From assembly GCA_043803405.1 (NCBI GenBank), contig JAZDKB010000036.1, positions 32,001-96,000 of the forward strand: a DNA stretch of 64,000 nucleotides, read 5' to 3'. The notes under the pieces were generated by a model, which was not told the DNA's origin, searched no databases, and saw only the letters and a program-made list of their open reading frames with translations. The translations under genes and the position numbers were made by a program. Numbering within the stretch: the first letter of the stretch is position 1; each line of letters begins with the position of its first letter. Origin of the DNA: Spirochaetota bacterium. GTDB lineage: Bacteria > Spirochaetota > UBA4802 > JAFGDQ01. This document shows, piece by piece, positions 29,374 to 38,757 of this stretch.

Positions 29374-30420
29374 ATGAAAATACTAATAACAGGCACGGCA
29401 GGCTTCATCGGTTTTCACCTGGCGCAAAAAATGATTGAAAGAGGCGACGAGATTATCGGCCTGGATAATATTAATGACTATTATGATCCAAAATTAAAAT
29501 ACGCCAGATTAAACGAATCGGGGATATCGGAAAAACAAACTGCTTACAATAAGCTAGTTAAAAGCAAAAAATATAAAAATTACAGATTTATTCAACTGAA
29601 TCTTGAAGATAAAGAAAACATCGATAAATTTTTTAAAAAAGAAAAGTTTGATAAAGTCTGTCATCTTGCTGCACAGGCAGGCGTCCGCTACAGCATAACA
29701 AATCCGCACGCATACATTGACTCAAACGTACAGGGCTTTATGAATATTCTCGAGGGCGCGAGACATAACAGCATCGGGCATCTTGTTTATGCGTCGAGTT
29801 CCAGCGTTTACGGAATGAACGAGAAGCAGCCATTCAGCACGAGCGACAACGTAGATCATCCGATCTCGCTATACGCTGCTACAAAAAAAGCGAACGAGCT
29901 TATGGCTTATACATACAGCCATCTTTTCGGGATACCGACTGTTGGGCTGCGTTTCTTTACAGTGTACGGCCCGTGGGGGCGGCCGGACATGGCGTATTTT
30001 CTTTTTACTAAGTCCATCACGGAAAACAAATCGATAGATATTTTCAATAGCGGGAACCTTGAAAGAGATTTCACTTATATTGATGATATTATCGAAGGAG
30101 TTATACGTGTAATTGACAGCCCGTTAAAAGCGAACTTGCAAAATCCTGAACATGCAGCGGGCAAAGCTCCCTACAGGCTTTACAATATCGGCAACAACTC
30201 TCCTGTGAAGCTCATGGATTTTATTCAGACTATCGAAAAGCATCTGGGTAAAGCAGCCAAGAAAAATTTTCTGCCAATGCAGCAGGGAGACGTACTTTCG
30301 ACTTATGCCGATATAGGCGATCTGGAAAGGGATTACGGCTTTAAACCACATACCACAATCGATGAAGGAATAAACAAATTCGTTGAATGGTATAAGGAAT
30401 TTTATCGTATTTCTTTGTAA
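29374..30420 (+). CDS. NAD-dependent epimerase (UDP-glucuronate 4-epimerase-like)
   Basis: GTAGFIG, HLAAQAGVRYS, YAATKKANE, FTVYGPWGRPDMA. Confidence 0.93.
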   Translation: MKILITGTAGFIGFHLAQKMIERGDEIIGLDNINDYYDPKLKYARLNESGISEKQTAYNKLVKSKKYKNYRFIQLNLEDKENIDKFFKKEKFDKVCHLAAQAGVRYSITNPHAYIDSNVQGFMNILEGARHNSIGHLVYASSSSVYGMNEKQPFSTSDNVDHPISLYAATKKANELMAYTYSHLFGIPTVGLRFFTVYGPWGRPDMAYFLFTKSITENKSIDIFNSGNLERDFTYIDDIIEGVIRVIDSPLKANLQNPEHAAGKAPYRLYNIGNNSPVKLMDFIQTIEKHLGKAAKKNFLPMQQGDVLSTYADIGDLERDYGFKPHTTIDEGINKFVEWYKEFYRISL

Positions 30421-30440
30421 ATGGTTCCGGATATTTCCGG

Positions 30441-30468
30441 ATAAGCAGGGATTTAAATCCCTGCTTAT
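30441..30468. terminator. 28-bp perfect palindrome between convergent genes (bidirectional terminator or REP-like)
   Basis: ATAAGCAGGGATTTAAATCCCTGCTTAT. Confidence 0.6.
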
Positions 30469-31613
30469 TTCTTGTATTTTTGCAAAAGTTCCAGCACGTT
30501 TTCAATTACGTACCCGATCTCTTTATCAGTCATGGCCGGATATATCGGCAATGAAAACGTCCTTGTGAATACCCATTCGCTTTCAGGATAATCCTTTGCA
30601 TTGTATCCCAAGGCTTTATAATAGCTGAACCTGTAGATCGGAATAAAATGCACGCTGCACGAAATTCCCCTCTGCTTCATTTCAAATACGAATTTATTTC
30701 TGTCTATTGAAAGATAATCGGGATTAAGCTTAAGCGGATAAAGATGCCATGCCGTTTTATTATAATTCCTTATTTTGTATAATATAAGACCGTCATGGCT
30801 ACTGAATGCTTCATTATATTTCAGCGCGATCTTAGCGCGCATCCCGTTCAGTTTATCCGCTTTCTTTAGCTGCTCAATTCCCATTGCGGAATTAATATCT
30901 GTCGTATTGTATTTGTATCCTGCTTCGACAACATCGTATTCCCAGAAGTTCTCATCGTTCTCCCTTTCCCATGCATCGCGCGTTACCCCGTGAAGCCGCA
31001 GCAGGCGTGTTCTGGTTGCCCACTCGCTGTTCTCAGTAGTTAGCATGCCGCCCTCGCCTGTAGCAATAGTCTTGGTTGCGTAAAAGCTAAAGCATGTGGC
31101 GTGGCCTATTGTACCGACAAAGCGGTTTTTATACAAGGCCGGGAAAGAATGCGCTGCGTCTTCGATAACATAGAGATTATGTTTCTTTGCAATTTCCATA
31201 ATTGCATCCATATCTGCAGGCTGGCCGCCATAATGCACAGGCATTATCACTTTTGTATTCTTAGTGATAAGAGATTCGATCTTTGACGCATCCATCAGAT
31301 GCGTATCGCGCTCAATGTCCGCAAACACTGGCTTTGCTCCAAAGTAGATCGCTACTTCCGCGCTCGCAGCATGTGTGAACGTAGGCACTATCACCTCGCC
31401 CCCCTGCTTCAGACCGGCGCATTTAAGCGCTAGATGCAGCGCTGCAGTGCATGAGTTGACAGCAACAGCTTCCTTTGCTCCGACATACTGAGCGAACTTT
31501 TTTTCGAACTCGTACGTTTTCGCTCCCATTGTGAGCCAGCCGCTTTTGATGGAATCAGCTACAGAATTGATCTCATTTTCATCAGTGAAAGGTTTATGAA
31601 ATGGTACAAGCAT
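30465..31613 (-). CDS. DegT/DnrJ/EryC1/StrS sugar aminotransferase
   Basis: NSCTAALHLAL, IEDAAH, FSFYATK...GEGG; start at MLVPFH. Confidence 0.93.
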   Translation of the reverse strand: MLVPFHKPFTDENEINSVADSIKSGWLTMGAKTYEFEKKFAQYVGAKEAVAVNSCTAALHLALKCAGLKQGGEVIVPTFTHAASAEVAIYFGAKPVFADIERDTHLMDASKIESLITKNTKVIMPVHYGGQPADMDAIMEIAKKHNLYVIEDAAHSFPALYKNRFVGTIGHATCFSFYATKTIATGEGGMLTTENSEWATRTRLLRLHGVTRDAWERENDENFWEYDVVEAGYKYNTTDINSAMGIEQLKKADKLNGMRAKIALKYNEAFSSHDGLILYKIRNYNKTAWHLYPLKLNPDYLSIDRNKFVFEMKQRGISCSVHFIPIYRFSYYKALGYNAKDYPESEWVFTRTFSLPIYPAMTDKEIGYVIENVLELLQKYKK

Positions 31614-31630
31614 AATGATTTTCCTTTTGC

Positions 31631-31726
31631 ACCTCACCCTCCACTTTTTTTTAAACCCCTTCTGCCGCCTCACGGCATCTCCCCCTTATTAAGGGGGAGA
31701 CAAAGAGGGGGTTAAAAAAGTGAGGT
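31631..31726. repeat. Nested palindromic REP-like element
   Basis: Core TCTCCCCCTT-att-AAGGGGGAGA; outer ACCTCAC/GTGAGGT arms. Confidence 0.6.
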
Positions 31727-31752
31727 CCCAATCATATTAATTTTACACTATT

Positions 31753-33027
31753 CTAACTTTCATTCGCTTGTTTCTCTATCTTCGCAACAGCAGCCGATAA
31801 TCCGATTACGAACCAGAACATAACAAGGTTTTCATCATCAGTATAATAGCACTGGAAAAACGAAGCTGTAATAAATACGCAATACGCGCCGAAAAGCCCA
31901 AGGTAAAAGCTTTTTAAAAGCTTATCATTCACAGATTTTAAATTAACTGTCATATATTTAAATATTCCGAACAGCATATAAACAAACGCCAGAAGCCCTA
32001 TCACTCCCTTGCGCGCAAGCTGATTCAGATAATCGTTGTGAGCGTGAGTGATCATGCCAGCGTCTAATTCCGGATGTTCAGAAAGCATCTGCTTAAACTC
32101 ATCCAGATAATTTCCTCCGCCTGTCCCGATAACCGGATGATTAAGCCATACGTAAAACGCTGTCTTCCAGATTTTTATCCTCTGATCCGTTGATTCTGTA
32201 TTAATAGCATTCCCTTTTGTATGTGAAGATATCTGATCCTGGCCGCGATAGGTTAATAAAGCGCCTGCAAGTAATATTAAAACAAGGAAAAAAAGCAGAA
32301 AGATTATACGCAGTTTTTTGCTCACAAAGAAAATGGGAACCAGCGCAAACGGCAATGCAATGATTATAGATCTTGATCTGATCTCGAGCAAAGCAATGAC
32401 CGCTAAAACAGCAGCAAGTATCATTACCCACCGGATGCCTGCATTCACATTCTTTACTGCGCCTGCAGAAACAAATAAAACAGGGATTGCGATAAGCATT
32501 AGATAGCAGCTGAACACAAGGTGCATCCCCAGAAGCCCGCCCCTTACCCGCAGCGAATCATCAGGGGAACCGTAGTGAAAGATGCCGATCTTATGAGCCT
32601 CGTTAATAAAGCTTATATTAAACGATACCTGCACAAGAGCTATGATTGACTGGAACAGGACTATAAATGTTATCAGATAAAAAGTCTTTAAAATATCTTC
32701 CCTGGAATTGTGCAGATAATATGCAAGAATAAACGCGAATATGAGCCAGAAGTCCCTGATGTAGTTCAGGTTCTTTAGAACCTGCGGTGACGCAAAACAC
32801 AGGACGAACGAAACAGCAACGAACGGGAGAATGTATCTCTCAAGGCCGGTTGTGCTGATTGACTTTCTGTTCTTTATGATATCTGCTAAAAGCAGCAGCG
32901 AAGCGGTTCCGAGAGAGATCTGGGATGCTGAAATAGAAATGCCGGACGCGACCAGGAAGAGCGCTAAAAAAAAATACGATGCCTTTGCCAGGCTTATCTT
33001 CCCAGGATATTTCATTATAATGCTCAA
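31753..33027 (-). CDS. O-antigen ligase / O-oligosaccharyltransferase family (Wzy_C) protein
   Basis: Multi-TM; R..IW..A......HP..G.G.GN and HAHN.YL..LA..G..G. Confidence 0.85.
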   Translation of the reverse strand: MSIIMKYPGKISLAKASYFFLALFLVASGISISASQISLGTASLLLLADIIKNRKSISTTGLERYILPFVAVSFVLCFASPQVLKNLNYIRDFWLIFAFILAYYLHNSREDILKTFYLITFIVLFQSIIALVQVSFNISFINEAHKIGIFHYGSPDDSLRVRGGLLGMHLVFSCYLMLIAIPVLFVSAGAVKNVNAGIRWVMILAAVLAVIALLEIRSRSIIIALPFALVPIFFVSKKLRIIFLLFFLVLILLAGALLTYRGQDQISSHTKGNAINTESTDQRIKIWKTAFYVWLNHPVIGTGGGNYLDEFKQMLSEHPELDAGMITHAHNDYLNQLARKGVIGLLAFVYMLFGIFKYMTVNLKSVNDKLLKSFYLGLFGAYCVFITASFFQCYYTDDENLVMFWFVIGLSAAVAKIEKQANES

Positions 33028-34505
33028 TTTACAAACCTGTCGGACGTATCTTTCGTATCATTAAAGCTGCTGTGATCGTACTCGCGAATAATCCCGGATA
33101 ATAGTTCGCGTATCATTTTAGGACCGAGCCCGTGAAGACCGCTTAGCCTGTTTTCAATAAAGGATTCTATTTTGTTTATCTCCGGCATTCCCGCGTCTAT
33201 AACAAATATTTTATTGTTCCCGGTTTTGACAACATTTTCGCCTGCATAGGACAGCTCTTCGTAAAGCTTCTCGCCGGGCCGCAGGCCTGTAAACACAACT
33301 TTAATGTCTCTGTCAGGTTCGTAGCCGTATAGCCTTATTAAATTGTTAGCAATATCCAGTATTTTATGCTGCCTGCCCATGTCGAGAACAAAGCATTCGC
33401 CGCCTCGCGAATACGCGGCAGCATTTATCACAAGAAGCGAAGCTTCCGGGATGCTCATAAAGTATCTGGTGATATCGGGATGGGTGATTGTCACAGGCCC
33501 GCCCTTCTCGATCTGGTCCCTGAAAAGCGGGATGACCGACCCCCTGCTCCCGATAACATTCCCGAACCGTACAATGGATGTCTTAACGCACATCTTCCTG
33601 TTGAAGTAGTCGGTTACAATTTCAGCAAGCCGCTTTGTGGCGCCCATAATGTTTACCGGACGCACAGCCTTGTCGCTCGATATTAAAACGAAATTCTTTA
33701 CGCAGTATTTCACGCACAGATCAAGGACATTGAGCGTGCCGCCCACATTGTTCTGAATCGCTTCAGCCTCGTTGTATTCCATCAGCGGCACGTGCTTGTG
33801 CGCAGCAGCATGAAAAACAATGTCCGGCCTGTATTTTGCAAATGCCTGTCCAAGCAGCTTTTTATCTTTAATGTCTATTATCTTATATATTATTTCCGGC
33901 TTTCTCTCAATAAATTCAAGATACTCGCCCAGGGATTTTATCAGGTTATAGATCGAGTTCTCGCCCCTGCCTATGCATATCAACTTTTTAACATCGAACC
34001 TGAAAAGCTGCCTGCATATCTCGGACCCAATGCTTCCGCCTGCGCCTGTTATGAGCACAGTCTTATCCCTGAACTTTTCCTGTATTGCGTCAATGTCGAG
34101 CTCAACTTCCTTGCGGTCAACAACATCGGTAAGGCACACGTCCTCCAGCTCTTTGCTTAGTTGCGAGTTAAAGTACCTTGTGATTTTCGGAAGTATCTGG
34201 ATGGATATGCCAGGGTCAGCGGCAATGACAGCCGAAACTGTACGGCTTATAATCTCGACCTGTACGGAAGGAAGGGCAATGATAACCTGACTGATGCGCT
34301 GCGCAGCAATGATGTCCTTCAGCCTGTCACAGCCCGCCAGCACAGGAATTCCGTCAATCGTCTTCCCTGCTTTATCAGCATCATCGTCAATAAAGCCCGC
34401 AATCTCGTCCATGCGGTTCTTGCGGACATATTCCGAAAGGATTATCCTGCCGGCCTCGCCTGCACCTATAATAAGTATTTTATTTTTTTTGATTCCCTTG
34501 TTCAT
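33024..34505 (-). CDS. Nucleotide-sugar 4,6-dehydratase (CapD/PglF-like, without N-terminal TMs)
   Basis: GAGGSIGSE, HAAAHKHVP, SDKAV.P..MGATK, RFGNV.GSRGSV, LRPGEKLYEEL. Confidence 0.92.
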   Translation of the reverse strand: MNKGIKKNKILIIGAGEAGRIILSEYVRKNRMDEIAGFIDDDADKAGKTIDGIPVLAGCDRLKDIIAAQRISQVIIALPSVQVEIISRTVSAVIAADPGISIQILPKITRYFNSQLSKELEDVCLTDVVDRKEVELDIDAIQEKFRDKTVLITGAGGSIGSEICRQLFRFDVKKLICIGRGENSIYNLIKSLGEYLEFIERKPEIIYKIIDIKDKKLLGQAFAKYRPDIVFHAAAHKHVPLMEYNEAEAIQNNVGGTLNVLDLCVKYCVKNFVLISSDKAVRPVNIMGATKRLAEIVTDYFNRKMCVKTSIVRFGNVIGSRGSVIPLFRDQIEKGGPVTITHPDITRYFMSIPEASLLVINAAAYSRGGECFVLDMGRQHKILDIANNLIRLYGYEPDRDIKVVFTGLRPGEKLYEELSYAGENVVKTGNNKIFVIDAGMPEINKIESFIENRLSGLHGLGPKMIRELLSGIIREYDHSSFNDTKDTSDRFVN

Positions 34506-34602
34506 TATTATTTAAAAAGGCTTTTATTTAGAAATATCGGACAAACAGGCCGGAATCTGATTCATTAAATTCAGGAAGATAACAGAAAGGATATAAGATT
34601 GT

Positions 34603-35535
34603 CTATTCAGCTTCAGTCGCCACAGGCGTCGTTGCTTCTATGTAATCAAAAGCAGCACTTACATCATCCGCGTTCTTTGCCTGTGTAGGGATCACGTCTG
34701 CAAACTTGACCAGATCGGCATCGCGGAGCAAAGGCATAAGCTTCCTGTCGCTATCATCCTTTATTTTGCGCGCTATTTCCTCTGTGGTCAGCTCAACCGC
34801 AGGGAAGCCCCTCAGCTTTTCAATGTACTGCCGCAGTATTTCCGAGTATCTGAAATAAAATTCCTTATACTGTCCTTTGGTTATATGGTTCATGGAAATC
34901 AGTCTTTCAAGTTCTTCCTTTGCAGTGACGTGCGGCGGCTTGATTTCCTTCAATGCTTCCATATCCCTGCGCTTTCTTTTTCTGAAAAAATAAATGCCTG
35001 CCCCTATTGCTCCCAGAATTATAATTCCGATCAGCCACGGAAGCAGTCTTAAAATAAAAGGATAAGTAGGCATAATATCCATTATAGGCTTAAGCTGCGC
35101 TTCTGCAGGCTTATCGCCAAGGTTGGATTGCACCTCAATTTTTATTGCCTCAGTCTTGACTATATTCAGCACGCCTTTGCCGTCTTTAAAAGAAAGGCTT
35201 ACAGGTTTTATCTCAAACGGCTCCGGCTTATCAATTATGATACTTAATATAATGCTGTTTTTTATTGACTTCTTCCCTACAATTGCAAGGCCTTCTATCC
35301 CAGTTATATCGGATTCTGATACTGTAACGCCTGCAGGCACACTGTAGCTCAATGTAAGATTTATAATATCTCCGACGCGAACTTTGTCGAGGTCAACCGA
35401 AGCAGTTATTTTAGGATAATTACCGGGCGCATTTTTGTTTTCAGTGTTCTTTGGCACGTCCTCGGTTTTTTTGCCGCATGCAATAAAGAGCAGAACAGCA
35501 ATTACCGCAAAGGCAGCAAGCATACGCTTTGTCAT
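34603..35535 (-). CDS. MoxR-operon membrane protein (BatD/DUF4381-like)
   Basis: Lipobox-like LFIAC, Ig-like part, TM, ELTT.E..DLVKFA. Confidence 0.7.
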   Translation of the reverse strand: MTKRMLAAFAVIAVLLFIACGKKTEDVPKNTENKNAPGNYPKITASVDLDKVRVGDIINLTLSYSVPAGVTVSESDITGIEGLAIVGKKSIKNSIILSIIIDKPEPFEIKPVSLSFKDGKGVLNIVKTEAIKIEVQSNLGDKPAEAQLKPIMDIMPTYPFILRLLPWLIGIIILGAIGAGIYFFRKRKRRDMEALKEIKPPHVTAKEELERLISMNHITKGQYKEFYFRYSEILRQYIEKLRGFPAVELTTEEIARKIKDDSDRKLMPLLRDADLVKFADVIPTQAKNADDVSAAFDYIEATTPVATEAE

Positions 35536-36407
35536 TGCCTTCTCCCTTTTATCTCGAAAAGTTTCATCAGCGGCTTTACCACGTCTTTGTCGGTATAAAT
35601 ATCTACAAGGTCAACGCCTGCCCTGTTAAGCGTCTCGGAGAGCTTTCTCCTTTCCCTGTAAACATGCTCCATCCACAGCTGCCTCACAGCTTTTTGCGAA
35701 GTATTAATCACTATGTTTTCGCCGGTCTCGGGATCGCAAAAGCTTACAAGCCCCGCATCAGGCAACGCCGTCTCGGCTGGGTCAGTAAGCCGGATAACGG
35801 TAAGCTGGTGCTTCTTCGCAGCCATGCGAAGCGGCTTTTCAAATCCTTCGTCAAGGCAATCGGACAGAAGAAAAACAATAGAGTGACGTTTTGCCGCGGT
35901 GTTCAGAAATGTCAAAGCCTCGTTAATATCCGTTCCTTTCCCCTGAGGCTCGTACGTAAATATCTCTTTAATCAGCCTCCATACATGCGAGGTGCCTTTC
36001 TTGGGCGGAATATATTTCTCCACTTTAGAGCTGAAAAGTATTGCGCCTACTTTATCGTTCGTCCTTATTGCCAGGAACGCCAGCATGCCCGCAGTTTCCG
36101 CTAGCAGTTCGCGCTTAAGACGCGACCGGGTGCCGAACGCGTGCGATCCGGAAACATCGAGCACAAGCATTACCGTGAGCTCGCGCTCCTCATGAAATAC
36201 CTTTACGAACGGGTGGCCGTAACGCGCGCTTACGTTCCAGTCGATCGTGCGGATGTCATCGCCCGGATAGTACTCCCTTACCTCCGCGAACTCCATGCCG
36301 CGTCCCTTAAAGGCGCTCACATAGCGGCCTGCAAACAGGTCGCTCGCCATGCGCTTTGTCTTAAAGTGCAAAGTCTGTATTTTTTTCAGGACTTCCTGTG
36401 AAAGCAT
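35532..36407 (-). CDS. DUF58 family protein
   Basis: FKGRGMEFAEVREY.PGDD.R.IDWNV.AR, EEREL, LDVSGS. Confidence 0.93.
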   Translation of the reverse strand: MLSQEVLKKIQTLHFKTKRMASDLFAGRYVSAFKGRGMEFAEVREYYPGDDIRTIDWNVSARYGHPFVKVFHEERELTVMLVLDVSGSHAFGTRSRLKRELLAETAGMLAFLAIRTNDKVGAILFSSKVEKYIPPKKGTSHVWRLIKEIFTYEPQGKGTDINEALTFLNTAAKRHSIVFLLSDCLDEGFEKPLRMAAKKHQLTVIRLTDPAETALPDAGLVSFCDPETGENIVINTSQKAVRQLWMEHVYRERRKLSETLNRAGVDLVDIYTDKDVVKPLMKLFEIKGRRQ

Positions 36408-36572
36408 AATATCTTCCGGTTTTCAATGATTCGTTTTTGTAAAACAAATTATCTGTTTATTGGAGCGAACAGCAGTTCGCCCATGCAGGCTTTCCGGTAA
36501 TGGTTGTTCCCCGCGCAAAACCTCAATTTGAAACCTGCTCATCTTCCTTTAAGTACATGTTGTTCCCCCTGT

Positions 36573-36777
36573 TAAGGCAGGACTGCCTCATGCTAATTAT
36601 AACTCCTGAAATTCCTGCTCTGGATTTAATCCTCCGGCTCGCTACGCTCGCCACCTCCTTTATTAAAGGAGGTTTGAAAGATTTTTACCCCCTTTTTTTA
36701 AAGGGGGTTAGGGGGATTTCCATCCCAAATCCCTAAATTCAATCGGCTTCACCTTAGCGTGAGGCAGCCCTGCCTTA
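36573..36777. mobile_element. MITE-like element with 24-bp terminal inverted repeats and internal palindromes
   Basis: TAAGGCAGGACTGCCTCATGCTAA versus inverted TAAGGCAGGGCTGCCTCACGCTAA (22/24 match); internal CCTCCTTT-att-AAAGGAGG. Confidence 0.6.
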
Positions 36778-36813
36778 GAAAGGAGAATGCCGGCCACAGG
36801 CCTGAAGGGGTTT

Positions 36814-37794
36814 CTACGGCACCTCAATCCGCTCCAGGAACATCGCAATAAGCTCATCTGCTGTTTTGCCATCTGCCTCTGCTTCATAGCTGAGTATGAT
36901 ACGGTGCCGCAGAATGTCGGGCGCCATGCTTTTCACGTCCTGAGGCGTAACGTATCCGCGCCCGCTCATAAACGCATGCGCGCGCGCAGCCTCTCCCAGC
37001 CATATCGACGCCCTCGGAGAAGCACCGTAGTGTATCATGGAACCGATGCCCAGGCCGAAATCTTCCGGTTTGCGTGTTGCCCTCGAAATATTCACTATGT
37101 AGTCAACAATCTTTTCTTCCATATGTACGGACTTTACAGTCTCCCTTACAGACTCAAGCTCGGGGATAGTAACGGCAGCCGAAATATTGGCTGTAGAAAT
37201 ATTGTTTACTCTCTGCATAATTTCTTTTTCTTCATCAGCAGCCGGGTAATCGACTTTGATCTTCATCATAAAGCGGTCGATCTGTGCTTCTGGCAGTGGA
37301 TACGTCCCCTCCTGCTCAATCGGATTCTGGGTCGCCAGCACCAGGAACGGCCTCGCGAGCTGAAACGTCGTTTCCCCGATAGTTACCTGCTTCTCCTGCA
37401 TAGCTTCAAGAAGCGCGCTCTGCACTTTTGCAGGGGCGCGGTTGATCTCGTCAGCCAGAATAATATTATGGAAAATGGGGCCCTTGCGTATTTCGAATGT
37501 CCCGCTGTCGGGTCTGTACACCTGCGTACCAAGGATGTCTGCCGGAAGAAGGTCGGGCGTGAACTGTATCCTCTGGAAGGATGTATTTACCGCAGCAGCA
37601 AGGGCGCGCACAGCAGTCGTCTTTGCGAGTCCCGGCAGCCCTTCGAGCAGAATGTGGCCGTCGCATATAAGCCCTATAAGCATCTTCTCAAGAAGATTTC
37701 TCTGTCCCACTATTACCTTCTCAATCTCTGCAAGGACCTTGCGGATAATTACGCTTTCTTTTTCGACCCTGGTTGTAACAGCCTGTATATCCAT
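36814..37794 (-). CDS. moxR: MoxR family AAA+ ATPase
   Basis: GLPGLAKT, RIQFTPDLLPADI, LADEINRAP, TQNPIEQEGTYPLPEAQ.DRF. Confidence 0.95.
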   Translation of the reverse strand: MDIQAVTTRVEKESVIIRKVLAEIEKVIVGQRNLLEKMLIGLICDGHILLEGLPGLAKTTAVRALAAAVNTSFQRIQFTPDLLPADILGTQVYRPDSGTFEIRKGPIFHNIILADEINRAPAKVQSALLEAMQEKQVTIGETTFQLARPFLVLATQNPIEQEGTYPLPEAQIDRFMMKIKVDYPAADEEKEIMQRVNNISTANISAAVTIPELESVRETVKSVHMEEKIVDYIVNISRATRKPEDFGLGIGSMIHYGASPRASIWLGEAARAHAFMSGRGYVTPQDVKSMAPDILRHRIILSYEAEADGKTADELIAMFLERIEVP

Positions 37795-38043
37795 TGCTTA
37801 TATGCCTCCTGATCTTATGTATGCAAATTATTGATTCAATGTTATTTGATTTATAAAAAGTATTTTTTCCTGACAACAAAATTATTTTACAATTGAATAA
37901 ATAATAGACTTGTAATAAAATTTTGGTAAACGATTTCTCCCCGGTCTTCGGCTGAGGAGATGGACTAAAGTCTTATTTAAAATACAGTTGACTAATAAAA
38001 TTTTTATGCTTATGTTGCAGAAAATTCATGGATAATTATTTTA

Positions 38044-38361
38044 ATGAAAAAACAAGACTTTTTAATTGCGGATAAATTAAAAAAAGAATTAAGCTCTAAT
38101 ATTAACCTGCTGGATTTAAGAGTTTTCGGTTCAAGGGCCATTGAAACAAACGATGAATATTCAGATATGGATGTATACATCCAGGTTGAAACTGTCACTA
38201 AAGAGATTAAAGAAAAAATATCAGATATAGCATGGAAAATCGGCTACGACAATAATATAGTTATTTCAACATTGATATACACCAGAGAAGAAGTAGTTAA
38301 TTCACCAATCAGATCATCTCCGATTATTAAAAATATTTATCAATATGGCATTGTAATATGA
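38044..38361 (+). CDS. Minimal nucleotidyltransferase (MNT)
   Basis: FGSRA......SDMDV (GSx10DxD), 105 aa. Confidence 0.88.
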   Translation: MKKQDFLIADKLKKELSSNINLLDLRVFGSRAIETNDEYSDMDVYIQVETVTKEIKEKISDIAWKIGYDNNIVISTLIYTREEVVNSPIRSSPIIKNIYQYGIVI

Positions 38362-38750
38362 GTGATATTGAAATTCTTTTTCAATACAGGCTTCAACAGG
38401 CATCTGAAACTCTAAATGATCCTGAAAGGATGCTTTCTGATAATTATTCTCCACGTTCTATTGTTAATAGAGCATATTATGTTGTGTATTATTCATTGCT
38501 TGCTTTATACATAAAAACAAATATTAACGTTCGAACATCTAAACATGCAGGAATAATTTCAATATTCGATAAGGAATTTGTACACAAAGGAATTTTCAAT
38601 CAAAAATATTCTAAGATAGTTCATTATTTATTTGAGCTAAGACAGGAATTTGATTATAAAGAACTTATTGAAGTATCACATAAAGACGCAAGTGATTGTG
38701 TTAATAAAGCAAAAGATTTTTTTGCTGCGATAAGTGAATCAATAGCATAA
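38358..38750 (+). CDS. HEPN domain protein
   Basis: NRAYY, SKH.G.I..F...FV, LRQEFDY; ATGA-coupled to the MNT gene. Confidence 0.88.
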   Translation: MSDIEILFQYRLQQASETLNDPERMLSDNYSPRSIVNRAYYVVYYSLLALYIKTNINVRTSKHAGIISIFDKEFVHKGIFNQKYSKIVHYLFELRQEFDYKELIEVSHKDASDCVNKAKDFFAAISESIA

Positions 38751-38757
38751 ATTCGCT

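Noticed and set aside
36787..37812. 341-aa plus-strand ORF
   Set aside because: Antisense shadow of moxR.
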